From an uncultured virus (IMG/VR IMGVR_UViG_3300021958_000031) (lineage: Duplodnaviria > Heunggongvirae > Uroviricota > Caudoviricetes), in the IMG/VR virus record IMGVR_UViG_3300021958_000031: a stretch of DNA of 55,744 nucleotides; one strand, written 5' to 3'. Below the pieces are notes generated by a model. That model searched no databases. It worked only from the letters and a program-made list of their open reading frames with translations, and was not told the DNA's origin. The translations under genes and the position numbers were made by a program. Below, in pieces: positions 38,248 through 47,822 of this stretch (the stretch's first letter is position 1; each line of letters begins with the position of its first letter).

Positions 38248-38320
38248 ATATGAATTAGATTTATTTTTATATGGATAAAAAGACATTTGTTTTAATGAAA
38301 ATAAATAAAAAAATACATTA

Positions 38321-39115
38321 ATGAGAAGAGATAGAAAAATAAGAAAGGTTGTTAAAATTACTATACCTAAAGAAGTATCAGCAAACGGTGCCAGTAATAT
38401 AAGTAGAGGTAAGGTTGGTAAGAATACTATTAAAAGAGTGAAACCACCAACAGTGGTAAATAGAGACAATTCTAAGTACATACAAAACGGATCTAAAGTA
38501 AAGCATACATATACCAAAATAGAACCTATATGGCAAGGCCAAACAGTGTATTTAATTGGAGGAGGCCCTTCACTTAAAGGGTTTGAATGGAATAGACTTA
38601 AAGGTAAAAAAACTATAGCAATCAATAAAGCTTTAAAATTCTACCCTAATGCAGATGCTGTATATTGGACTGATGGTAGAGTGTATTCTTGGCTAGAAAA
38701 AGAAATTAATAATTTTAAAGGTTTAAAATATACTATTAGAGCTAAATCATATGCAACTAAAGTAAATCTTTTACGTAGAGGTAAGAAGTTTGGTTTAGAA
38801 AAAGCAACCAACTCCATAGCCCATGGTAATAACAGTGGATATGCTGCTATAAATTTAGCTATTCATTTAGGTGCTAAAAGAATTATATTATTAGGATATG
38901 ATATGGGGCAAACAAACCAAGGTAGTCACTTTCATGATGGATATCCTGTTAATGCTACTAGCGCTAAAATTTATAAAGAACAATTTATACCTGGCTTTGA
39001 CCTTCTTAAAAAAGAATTAGCAGGAAAGGATATACAAATTTTTAATGCATGCCCTACAAGTAATTTAAAAACCTTTCCTATAATAACAATAGAAGAAGCG
39101 TTAGGCTTTAGATGA
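38321..39115 (+). CDS. DUF115/MAF_flag10-like (Maf/sialyltransferase-type Rossmann fold) transferase with basic N-terminal extension
   Basis: VYLIGGGPSL, IAINKA, NSGYAAINLAIHLGAKRIILLGYDM, HFH, IFNAC. The only credible plus-strand gene. Confidence 0.78.
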   Translation: MRRDRKIRKVVKITIPKEVSANGASNISRGKVGKNTIKRVKPPTVVNRDNSKYIQNGSKVKHTYTKIEPIWQGQTVYLIGGGPSLKGFEWNRLKGKKTIAINKALKFYPNADAVYWTDGRVYSWLEKEINNFKGLKYTIRAKSYATKVNLLRRGKKFGLEKATNSIAHGNNSGYAAINLAIHLGAKRIILLGYDMGQTNQGSHFHDGYPVNATSAKIYKEQFIPGFDLLKKELAGKDIQIFNACPTSNLKTFPIITIEEALGFR

Positions 39116-39592
39116 TCTACGGACATAAGTCATAAACTCCCTCTGTTCACCTTTTAATAATGATTTACAGTGTTTTAAAAATCTAACAGATGAATCTATT
39201 ATTCTTTTATCAACTCTTTTATTCCGTGAGTTATGAGCCTCAGAACATTTTTTACAAACAAAGTTTTCAACCTTCTTAGAATCCATTCTTGATTTTATCT
39301 CAACTTTACATACGGCGCAATTCCAATCTACAATATCGGAATCTTTTTCTAACTCTTTAATATTTGTAAAGGTTTCTCTAAAAGGATTCCAAAGTATACG
39401 GTTAGGATTTTTTTCATGTTCATTCATGTCCTCAACCTTAAATATAATTTCAAAAGCATCTACATCAGAATCTAACCATTTCATATGATTATTTTCTAGT
39501 AAAAGTTTTCGCTTCAAAGGAGGCAGATTCTCCAATAGAATTCCATGCCTCCTTTTATACCATCCAAAATTAATTTTTCTTACTCGATACAT
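39101..39592 (-). CDS. Zn-finger-containing hypothetical protein
   Basis: CAVC...CKKC. Confidence 0.6.
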   Translation of the reverse strand: MYRVRKINFGWYKRRHGILLENLPPLKRKLLLENNHMKWLDSDVDAFEIIFKVEDMNEHEKNPNRILWNPFRETFTNIKELEKDSDIVDWNCAVCKVEIKSRMDSKKVENFVCKKCSEAHNSRNKRVDKRIIDSSVRFLKHCKSLLKGEQREFMTYVRRSSKA

Positions 39593-39601
39593 AGTGTTTA
39601 T

Positions 39602-39667
39602 TTAGCAGTTACAGCATTCACAGCTACATGATGTTCCACAGTTACATACTTTACAATCACATTTCAT
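39602..39667 (-). CDS. Metallothionein-like micropeptide MKCDCKVCNCGTSCSCECCNC
   Basis: Hand translation: 21 aa, 9 Cys in CxC/CC spacing. Fills the intergenic gap, with an A-rich leader like other genes. Confidence 0.72.
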   Translation of the reverse strand: MKCDCKVCNCGTSCSCECCNC

Positions 39668-39693
39668 ATTAATAATTATTTTTTAACTCCTTT

Positions 39694-40881
39694 TTATACA
39701 TTGTTCATTAACCTTCTAAACTTTTCAGAAACAGATTCTTCAAGTGGTTGGAATGATTCTTTAGTTTTTGATAAATTTGCTAACTGCTTTTTAGCATCAG
39801 CTTCCTTTTTCTTAAGTTCAGCAATATCTTCTTTACTATCTTCAATTGCTTTTTGTAGCTTTTGAACCTGCTCTTCTGAACCTCTACCAGTTTTTAGATC
39901 TCTTTTAGCCTGTTCTAAATCTTTAGTAGCTTTATTCATTGTAGTTCTTTCAGCTTCTATGTTATCATTATAAGCTTTAATATCAGCTTCTAATTTTGCA
40001 CCTGGATCATCTTTACCTGTCTCGGTCTTTGTTTCAGTTTCGGTCTCTGTTTCAGTTTCGGTCTCTGTTTCAGTATTAGCATCAGGATCAAGTGCACTTA
40101 TCTTTTTCATTATCTCACCAATGTCATTTCCTAAACCTTGAAACAATTCATCATTACCATCTAACTTAGCTTTTTTCTGTTGAGCTTGTTTAAATTTAAT
40201 TTCTGCTTGTAGTTTGGCCTTTTCATCTTCACCATCTTTTACGTTATCATATGCAGCTTTAGCCTTTTCAATCTCCCCTTCAACGGCTTTCTTTTCCTTT
40301 TCGGCTTTTTCTTTATCTAATTTTTCCTTTTCAGCTTTAGCAGCAGCTTCCTTTTCACCTGGTAATTCAACTTCTGTTTTCTCACCACCTTCAGATTCAT
40401 AATCCTTTAATGCTTGTTGCGCATCAGCAGCCTGACCTGCTAATTTTTTAATTCTAATCTTAAGCTGTTTTGATTCTTCACCATCCGCAGCTTTAAGAGC
40501 AGTTTCTGCTGCAGCCAAGTTAGCTTTAGTTGTTGCAATAGTTACAACCTTTTTAAGAGGATCTGTTGTAGCTAGATCTTTCATTCTTTGACTAACTGCA
40601 GATGCTTTATCCTTTAGAGCTTGATTCTTAGCAGCATTAGCAGCCTTTAAAGTTTCTTTTTGTTTAGGATCCATTTTACCTGAGGATGCCTGGGTCTTTT
40701 TAGCAGCATCAACATTATTTAAAGCTATCTGAACTTTAGTTTGTTGATACTTCTTAGCATTATTTTTAATCTTTTTCCATTTTATAGGATTAGATGCAAT
40801 ACCTTTAATATCGGTAATACCTTCGTCTACACCTTTATTAGATTCAGCTATAAATTGATTATATGATTTTACTCTTTTCAT
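39694..40881 (-). CDS. Coiled-coil Lys/Ala/Glu-rich protein with capsid-targeting-like N-terminus (internal head protein candidate)
   Basis: MKRVKSYNQFIAES N-terminus, (TE)n linker, late motif at 40900-40908, immediately downstream of the capsid gene. Confidence 0.65.
   Translation of the reverse strand: MKRVKSYNQFIAESNKGVDEGITDIKGIASNPIKWKKIKNNAKKYQQTKVQIALNNVDAAKKTQASSGKMDPKQKETLKAANAAKNQALKDKASAVSQRMKDLATTDPLKKVVTIATTKANLAAAETALKAADGEESKQLKIRIKKLAGQAADAQQALKDYESEGGEKTEVELPGEKEAAAKAEKEKLDKEKAEKEKKAVEGEIEKAKAAYDNVKDGEDEKAKLQAEIKFKQAQQKKAKLDGNDELFQGLGNDIGEIMKKISALDPDANTETETETETETETETKTETGKDDPGAKLEADIKAYNDNIEAERTTMNKATKDLEQAKRDLKTGRGSEEQVQKLQKAIEDSKEDIAELKKKEADAKKQLANLSKTKESFQPLEESVSEKFRRLMNNV
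40018..40074 (-). repeat. 18-bp-unit tandem repeat encoding TETETE
   Basis: tgtttcagtttcggtctc repeated about three times. Confidence 0.85.
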
Positions 40882-40924
40882 ATCTAGTTATTGATTTTTT
40901 TATATATTCAACTCATATAAGACA

Positions 40925-40955
40925 AAAAAAAGGTCCGCCGTTAAGCGAACCTTTT
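40925..40955 (-). terminator. Rho-independent terminator after the major capsid gene
   Basis: aaaaggt.cgc / gcg.acctttt hairpin with a U-tract on the minus strand. Confidence 0.8.
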
Positions 40956-40979
40956 AAAACTATATTAAAGTTTTTATTC

Positions 40980-42692
40980 TTAGATGATACTAGTACCAGC
41001 TTCGAATTCAAAACCTAATGTGTAATACATAGTTTCTGGGTGGAATCCAGCGTCTACTAAAGCGAATCTAGATTTAACCGCGATTTTAGGAGCCATAGTT
41101 CCTTCTGCGATTGTCTCAACAGATTCAGCCATTAAGTAAGGCATGAATACTAAACCAGGAGAATTACCATCACCTTTTCTACCTACAGCAACTCTATAGT
41201 CAGTCCAAGCCATGTTTGGATCAACATAAATAGTTACACCAGCCAAAGCACCGATTGGATATAAAGATCCACCAGCTTGGTTGATTGTATTTGATAGTGG
41301 GTAAGGTACGAATCCTGCAACATCCTGAAGTGCCGTAGCAATTTCTCCAGAAGTTACTGCGAAAGTAGCAGGTCCTCTTCTTCCTCTAGTTGCGATTAGG
41401 TTAGAAGCAGCAAGTACTTTAGTATACAACCTACGTTGTAAAGTTCCTTGTGTTTCACCACCTGCACCAACAATAGTTCTTGCAACAGTTGCATTAATGT
41501 TAGTGTTACTAGCATTTCCAGCACCTAGTGCAATTACAACAGCAGCATTTGGAGTTGTACCATAAGATGCTGATAATTGTAAACCGTCAACAGCATTTAC
41601 ATTCTGTGCGTTAGTAGCTCCATTTCTGAAGATTCTATCTAAGATGTATTTGTTGATAGATTGAGTTAACTCATTTACCAATACAGCTTCTACTTGAGCA
41701 ACAGCGTCAATTCCGAATTGTTTAAGATCCTGAACTTGTTCTCTTGTTACAGCAGCAGCAACTTGGTAAGTCTTAGCAGCAACTGATTTGTTGAATAAGC
41801 TAAGTCCCATGATGTTATCTGGAGTTGATTCTCCAACACCTCTTTGGTAAGGATCTACTGAATCGATAGCAGACATTGGTGGATTACCAGCTCTGTTATT
41901 TAATTCGAATGCATTACCTGAGAAACCAGTAATATGGTCTTCTAAAGCTTTAACATACTCAGCAGCACCGTCAAAAGCACCTAGAGCAGCCGAAACGGTT
42001 ACATCACTATAGAAATCTACAGTGTCAGCTACAACATCGTAAATTGGCTCATAACCTTCTTCACCTTGTGCAAAAGTAGTAGTAGCAGCATTGCCGTTAC
42101 CTCTTACACGGAAAATTGGATATCCGTCAATTCTTGAAACACCTACGTAAGTTAATTCATAAGATGCATTTGCACCTGTACCAACATAAACTACAGAGTC
42201 TATAGCTAAAGCAGTACCAGTAGTTTGAGTTAATGGAGCTTTAATTAATAATGGAGCAGAGTTTCCGTCAATTCCACCAGCTTCATTTGTTCTACCACCA
42301 CCATATACGAAGTCTAGGTAAGTTAATACTCCCATAGGACCTTGCATTGGTACAACTGGTACTAAGTCTAAACCAACAGTCTGAGCTGCTACTTGCATTG
42401 CAAGTGGTAACAAAGAAAATGGTCTGTCTCCAGAACCGTTTACATAAGTAGGATCATTGAAACCATTCATTGAGGTAGGATTTCCAGGTAATTCTGGAGC
42501 GCCCATACCTTGAACGTTCATGTTTGGATTTAAGTGTACAGTATTATATACACTCTCATTAAGATTGTGGTAGTGACAGTACTTAGACATCCAAGATAAC
42601 TTAGACTTTTCAGTAATACCAGTACTTTCCTCAATGATAGGGCCCCAAGTCTTTTGAACTTCGGCCTCGTTGATTAATTGATTTGCGTACAT
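40980..42692 (-). CDS. Major capsid protein (gp23-like)
   Basis: VVPMQGPMG..YLDFVY, VTREQVQDLK..GIDA...LVNE....IN, TRGRRGPATF, FMPY, PKIAVKSRFAL. Confidence 0.95.
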   Translation of the reverse strand: MYANQLINEAEVQKTWGPIIEESTGITEKSKLSWMSKYCHYHNLNESVYNTVHLNPNMNVQGMGAPELPGNPTSMNGFNDPTYVNGSGDRPFSLLPLAMQVAAQTVGLDLVPVVPMQGPMGVLTYLDFVYGGGRTNEAGGIDGNSAPLLIKAPLTQTTGTALAIDSVVYVGTGANASYELTYVGVSRIDGYPIFRVRGNGNAATTTFAQGEEGYEPIYDVVADTVDFYSDVTVSAALGAFDGAAEYVKALEDHITGFSGNAFELNNRAGNPPMSAIDSVDPYQRGVGESTPDNIMGLSLFNKSVAAKTYQVAAAVTREQVQDLKQFGIDAVAQVEAVLVNELTQSINKYILDRIFRNGATNAQNVNAVDGLQLSASYGTTPNAAVVIALGAGNASNTNINATVARTIVGAGGETQGTLQRRLYTKVLAASNLIATRGRRGPATFAVTSGEIATALQDVAGFVPYPLSNTINQAGGSLYPIGALAGVTIYVDPNMAWTDYRVAVGRKGDGNSPGLVFMPYLMAESVETIAEGTMAPKIAVKSRFALVDAGFHPETMYYTLGFEFEAGTSII

Positions 42693-42795
42693 TTTATTTG
42701 TATTTTTTTTCGCATTTTTGGAATTATAAATTCCGGTTTTTAATCGCCTCGGTCCTTTTCTTCTTGACCATTCGATTAATATCTTTTAGATTAGA

Positions 42796-44601
42796 TTATC
42801 TACCTAATCTGAATTTCATTTTTTCTACTAAGTCACTTCTAAAAGATTCATTTACTAATGGCTCTTTAGTAGTTGCGGCCTCAGCAGCAGTTTTACTTTC
42901 ATTAATAGATTCTGTAACCATTTGAGAACTTCTTAAGTCTCTTGTTGCCCAGAAATTATTAATTCCGTATTGATTATTTACAGGATGGAACCTAGATTCC
43001 GAAATAATTTGTTGTTGTCTTGCCTCAGAAAGGTTATTCCACTTTTCTTTGAATTTTTCTGGCATATCAGTAACAACATCTAATTCTCTTTTCTTTTCAA
43101 TAAAATTAGATTCCCAAACATTTTCAGCCTGTATAGTTGACATAATTGGTTTAGCATTCATTGATTCTACAATCATAGCTTGCTTCTCTGTAGATAAAGA
43201 ATTAAATTCATTCTTTTTAGATTCACCTAAGAAATTCATAAAGTGCATTTCAGATACATTCTTAACCTCAGCAGCTGCAATTAACTTTTCTAATTTTTCT
43301 TCAATAGAAGCTTCATATGAATTTCCTTCATGAGCTTTACTACATGATTCACACATTTCTTTTAATTTAGCTTTATCAGCATCAGGATACTTTTCACAAA
43401 CTTGTTCATAAGCCATTCCTTCATCCATACATTTCTGTACTTCTTCCATTGTTGGCATAGCACCTTCCATTTTACCGTATTCATTAACAGTACCTTCATT
43501 GATTGATTCAGCATTAGGAGTGTTTACATTTTCTGCAATATACTCGGAATATTTAATACTCTTTTCTAATCCTTCACCAAGATATTCAGAATAAGCAATA
43601 TTCTGATCAACCTTTTCAGCAACATATTCAGAATAGTCAATACTCTTTTCTAAGTTTTCAGCAACATAGTTAGAATACTCAATTCCTTTGTCGGCCATTT
43701 CAGCTACATGCTCAGCATATTGAATACTACCATCAAGTTCTTCAGCTAAATAAGACGCATAGTCTTTAATTGAATTTACATTCTCTGCTAAGTAGTCAGA
43801 GTATGAAATGTTTTTGTCTAAATTCTCAGATAAGTATTCAGCATAATCAGTAACCTGATTTACTTTCTCTGCAATATGCTCGGTGTACTTAATAAGTTTT
43901 TCCATAACCTCATCATTGTTAGAATTGGTTGATTCTTTAACATTACTTAAAACCCCAGATACATATTCAGTATACTTTTGAAAATCTTCAACAGTTACAA
44001 AATTATTATTTTCCATCGTTAGATCTTTTTTATTATCGTTGTTATTTTCTGTTTCTTCCATTTCGTATATTAATATACCATCATCATTACTTAATCCAAA
44101 AGATTCGTTTACTCTTGATAACTCAGCATTCTCAAAACCAGGATCTGCAACTAAGTCATAAGTAAAAAACTTTTTAATTTTAACCTTACCGTTTTCATCT
44201 ACTGTACCAGCAGCTCTACTTGAAATATGTAAAGGTATTCCATCTTTAATAAGAGCCTGTGCTTCTTTACCTTTTGAAGTATTTAATAATCTAATCTTAC
44301 CGATAACCTGCTTTTTCTCTCTGTCATAATCTAAAGATTCAACAACATGAGAGACGTTAGCCAAACTAACATCAAAATCTTTAGGGTGGTCTAATTCACC
44401 TAAAAGCTTATTAGTCTTAACTTTTTCTTGTAATTCATTAATGTGAGGCATTACTTCTTTTTCCTCATAGATTCGGTTATTCTTGTTCTTGACATCAAAT
44501 TCAGTAAATACACCTTCTAATACTACAGAGCCATCTTCTCCTGTGGATATATCTAAATTCGATTTCTGTCTTTCAAGAATTAATAGTTTTTTTCCTGACA
44601 T
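42796..44601 (-). CDS. Prohead protease (gp21-like) fused to a scaffold/core-like repeat region
   Basis: LEGVF...KNKNNRIY, LGELDHP, ISSRAAG, TYDLVADPGF, followed by 14-aa YxEYxAE repeats. Confidence 0.9.
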   Translation of the reverse strand: MSGKKLLILERQKSNLDISTGEDGSVVLEGVFTEFDVKNKNNRIYEEKEVMPHINELQEKVKTNKLLGELDHPKDFDVSLANVSHVVESLDYDREKKQVIGKIRLLNTSKGKEAQALIKDGIPLHISSRAAGTVDENGKVKIKKFFTYDLVADPGFENAELSRVNESFGLSNDDGILIYEMEETENNNDNKKDLTMENNNFVTVEDFQKYTEYVSGVLSNVKESTNSNNDEVMEKLIKYTEHIAEKVNQVTDYAEYLSENLDKNISYSDYLAENVNSIKDYASYLAEELDGSIQYAEHVAEMADKGIEYSNYVAENLEKSIDYSEYVAEKVDQNIAYSEYLGEGLEKSIKYSEYIAENVNTPNAESINEGTVNEYGKMEGAMPTMEEVQKCMDEGMAYEQVCEKYPDADKAKLKEMCESCSKAHEGNSYEASIEEKLEKLIAAAEVKNVSEMHFMNFLGESKKNEFNSLSTEKQAMIVESMNAKPIMSTIQAENVWESNFIEKKRELDVVTDMPEKFKEKWNNLSEARQQQIISESRFHPVNNQYGINNFWATRDLRSSQMVTESINESKTAAEAATTKEPLVNESFRSDLVEKMKFRLGR

Positions 44602-44647
44602 TTTCTACTAGTTATTTGATTTATATATTACAATCTTTGTGGAGTTT

Positions 44648-46297
44648 TTATTCCAAGCCTGCCAATGGATCTTCATCGGCAGCACCTTCTTTCTTTTCTG
44701 GTTTAAAATCGGCCTTATCTGCACCTAAAAGGATCTTTTCAATATCTTCTTCTTTATATCCTTCCTTCTCTAAATCAGCTCTTTCTTTGGCTCTTGCATT
44801 TGCCTTAAGGTCATCTCTCGTAAACCCACCATATCTCTTAACCAAGAATCCTAAATCGAAGTATGGAATTTCCTCCATTTCTGCTGTCATAGTACTTAAT
44901 TGAGTTTTTAGGTTACCGATAAAATCAACTCTTTTTGTTTGTAACTCCATTTCTTTCATTTCCTCAAAAACATTATCTTTAACAAAATCAAGTCCTAAAC
45001 CAGATTTAAATGATACATCATTTTTTAATTCAGGATGATTAAGACACATTTGAAGATACATTGGTTTTACTAATATTTCCTGGAATATGGATCTTAAGCG
45101 ATCAACAAATTTAGAAAATTTAATTTCATCTCTTAACATACCACTAGCGTCCATGTCATATGTATTACCACCTTCTTTATCAAATCTTGAGAAAGGAATT
45201 TTTGAAGCCATTTTTAATCTATCAGCAAAATACTTAAGAGATTCAGTATCTCCTAAATCAGGACCATCACCTCCAATTGTACTAATCTCTGGTGATTCCC
45301 CATCCTTTGAAGGCAACCAATATTCTTTATTGAATGGCATCATTGGTTTTCCGTTAGTTACAATTTCACCACTCTCTTGATTAAAATCAACTACTTCTCT
45401 ATATGAATTCATTAACTGTGCAAGTGATTGCTTTGCTCTAGTTTTAGATTTACCACCAACTGGTATAATAAATTGAGTTTTAAATGAAGCATTAGAAACA
45501 GCCCAGATAATTCTGGTAGTTTCCATAATTCTTAAAAGGTTAAATGATCTTATTAATCTCTCAACATAAGATATTCTCATTGGTGAATTCACTTGAGAAT
45601 ATGAAAGGTATATAATTTGAGAATCCCATAATTTTCTTTCCTTTGCACCTTGCCCTTTATATTGAACCCATTGCTTCTTTCCAGTGTCAGTATCAATACC
45701 AGGCATTAAGGAAATAGGGTCCAATTCTTTAAACCCAATAATCTCTGTCTGTTTATCATTATATACTATTTCGAACGCAAGAAAACCATCTACTAACCAT
45801 TTTCTAAAATAATTCCACGGCTGTACTGAATCATTAAATCCAAAGTAATTATAAATGTTATTATATACATCACCTATTTCATCTTCTATAGAAGCAGCAA
45901 TATGACCATTAAAATGAGAATACGCCATATAATTAGATTCGTCAAATACAATTGCCTCATCGGTAATTACATCTAAGATATCTTCTATTTCATCTTGCAC
46001 TGCATATTGCCTAAGCTCATCTCTCTTTCTTTCATAATCTCTATCAAAAATAGAAATATTTTTCTTAAGTGTAGTATCAGTTAATGAAAGTGCAGCAAAT
46101 GCGCCATACATATCATCACTATCAGAACCCATTGGATTAAAAGTATAACCCATTTGATTTTCAGTAAAACCTACTGCACGTGAATTACGAATGATCATAT
46201 CATCATATGCCATCCCTAGATTAGAAAGATCCTTTAAAATTTTTCTAACCGGATTACCTGTACTTAATGGTCCTCTTCTATCAGTAAAACCTGCCAT
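44648..46297 (-). CDS. Portal protein (gp20-like)
   Basis: FRKWLVDG, SYVERLIRSFNLLRIME, EYWLP..., EISTIGG, IPFSRF, RDEIKFSKFV.RLR. Confidence 0.95.
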   Translation of the reverse strand: MAGFTDRRGPLSTGNPVRKILKDLSNLGMAYDDMIIRNSRAVGFTENQMGYTFNPMGSDSDDMYGAFAALSLTDTTLKKNISIFDRDYERKRDELRQYAVQDEIEDILDVITDEAIVFDESNYMAYSHFNGHIAASIEDEIGDVYNNIYNYFGFNDSVQPWNYFRKWLVDGFLAFEIVYNDKQTEIIGFKELDPISLMPGIDTDTGKKQWVQYKGQGAKERKLWDSQIIYLSYSQVNSPMRISYVERLIRSFNLLRIMETTRIIWAVSNASFKTQFIIPVGGKSKTRAKQSLAQLMNSYREVVDFNQESGEIVTNGKPMMPFNKEYWLPSKDGESPEISTIGGDGPDLGDTESLKYFADRLKMASKIPFSRFDKEGGNTYDMDASGMLRDEIKFSKFVDRLRSIFQEILVKPMYLQMCLNHPELKNDVSFKSGLGLDFVKDNVFEEMKEMELQTKRVDFIGNLKTQLSTMTAEMEEIPYFDLGFLVKRYGGFTRDDLKANARAKERADLEKEGYKEEDIEKILLGADKADFKPEKKEGAADEDPLAGLE

Positions 46298-46317
46298 ATT
46301 GTTTTATCTTTTATTGT

Positions 46318-46893
46318 TTATATATTCTTGTAATATAATGCTTGTGCCTCATTTATATTTCCTCCAAAAAAATGATTTTGATTGTTAACGGCACCTATAT
46401 ACCAATCTTCATATCCTAACATTCTTTGTTTTCTTATTCTATCCATTCTATACTGTCTAATAGCATAGGTTATATTATACTTTCTTCCTAATGACTTTTT
46501 TAAATTTTCATAAGTAAATTCGCTTAATCTTGATTGGGCAGCAGGATTACCCGGTGCCTTATTTACTGAAGTAGTTATAACATTTTTAAATGATCTTACT
46601 ATATCAGAGAGAAAAGGTATTCTAGTTTCATAAGGAATATAATGTAAATTTAATCCTAGTTGATGATTATTATCACTCTGCCCTAAACCTAATACTATTG
46701 GAAAGGTATCATAAAAAGTTTCATCTGGTGTAAAATACTCAAAAGAATACATTTTCCCGTTATCTAATATTCCTTTTGCAGTACTACCTATATTGATTAA
46801 ATCTTTGTCTGATTGTTTAGATGCACCACTTCTACCTTTATAATCTGCAAGGTAAATATCTAAGTCTTCTTGAAATGATCCTACTATTGCCAT
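46318..46893 (-). CDS. DNA end protector protein (gp2-like)
   Basis: GKMYSFEY, YDTFP, GLNLHYIP. Adjacent to the gp4-like gene. Confidence 0.75.
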   Translation of the reverse strand: MAIVGSFQEDLDIYLADYKGRSGASKQSDKDLINIGSTAKGILDNGKMYSFEYFTPDETFYDTFPIVLGLGQSDNNHQLGLNLHYIPYETRIPFLSDIVRSFKNVITTSVNKAPGNPAAQSRLSEFTYENLKKSLGRKYNITYAIRQYRMDRIRKQRMLGYEDWYIGAVNNQNHFFGGNINEAQALYYKNI

Positions 46894-47369
46894 TAGAATA
46901 ATTTTGAATCTTCAGTTAAAAGCATTACTTTAAAATTTCTTAACTTTGCCATTTTATTTAATGCTTCAGTTTTACAAAGGTTTCTTACGTAGGTTTCATA
47001 TCCATGTTGAAAGTTTTTTAATGCCTTTGCCGTTTTTCTTTTTGGTGCTTTAGGTTTTTGTAATTGAGCCTTTGGTTTTATTTCAACTACATATTCTTCC
47101 ATAACACCATCTTTATCCATTTTCATATAAAAATCTGGGTAATAATTATGAAACTTTTTATCTAGCATATTAAAGTATTTTACAGAAAAAGGCTCAGATG
47201 CCCATTTTATTACTTCTTCATTATGATCACACCAGTGGCAAAACTTTCTTTCCCAGCTACTTCTGTATATGATAGGATGCTCTCCTATATACTTTTGTGG
47301 ATTAATTGGATTATAATATCCTTGCTTAAATCCAGATTTAGCTGTTGGTTTTACCTTCTTTATACCCAT
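46893..47369 (-). CDS. Head completion nuclease (gp4-like, TnsA fold)
   Basis: P.NPQKYIG...IYRSSWE, WASE, YYPDF, VEIKP, LLTE. Confidence 0.92.
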   Translation of the reverse strand: MGIKKVKPTAKSGFKQGYYNPINPQKYIGEHPIIYRSSWERKFCHWCDHNEEVIKWASEPFSVKYFNMLDKKFHNYYPDFYMKMDKDGVMEEYVVEIKPKAQLQKPKAPKRKTAKALKNFQHGYETYVRNLCKTEALNKMAKLRNFKVMLLTEDSKLF

Positions 47370-47372
47370 TTA

Positions 47373-47738
47373 TTATATCGTATATATACCATCGCTGTCA
47401 GCACTACCATTAATTGAAACAGTACCGGCATATTTTCTAGGGTGTAATTTATTCCATCCTTTTGCAAATCCTCTTTTTGCTATTTCAGTAAAATAAGCAA
47501 ACGCGTTAGTACTTTTTTCTGGATTAAAATTTCTCCAATATTTGAATAAGTCCATATAAGCAGATGCTATACAGTCTTGTCTATCGTCTGGGTTTGCATA
47601 TGATAATTTTCTGGAACATTTATCTGCTAATAACATTAAAAATTCTAATGCCTTTGGTGTAAGTTCGTCTTGTTCTTTAGATATGATAATCTGTTCAAGA
47701 AGATCTCTATTATTTAAGTAATTTCTTTTTCTTGCCAT
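47373..47738 (-). CDS. Late sigma factor (gp55-like)
   Basis: NYLNNRDL, NFNPEKSTNAFAYFTEIA. Confidence 0.9.
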   Translation of the reverse strand: MARKRNYLNNRDLLEQIIISKEQDELTPKALEFLMLLADKCSRKLSYANPDDRQDCIASAYMDLFKYWRNFNPEKSTNAFAYFTEIAKRGFAKGWNKLHPRKYAGTVSINGSADSDGIYTI

Positions 47739-47768
47739 TTAGTAAATGTTTTATTTATTATTATATAC

Positions 47769-47805
47769 AAAAAAAGCCGATAGTTTATTATTACTACCGG
47801 CTTTT
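47769..47805 (-). terminator. Rho-independent terminator overlapping the middle promoter of the gp55-like gene
   Basis: aaaagccg.tagt / acta.cggctttt inverted repeat. Confidence 0.75.
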
Positions 47806-47822
47806 ATAATGTGGGAGGGTTC

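Noticed and set aside
38248..38625. Hydrophobic N-terminal extension of the clamp loader ORF
   Set aside because: Antisense shadow of the plus-strand transferase. The RFC motif starts right after the ATG at 38247, which has a promoter motif upstream.
40018..40074. Short tandem repeat as a CRISPR or contingency locus
   Set aside because: In-frame 18-bp units encoding a TE linker, with no spacers and no frameshifting potential.
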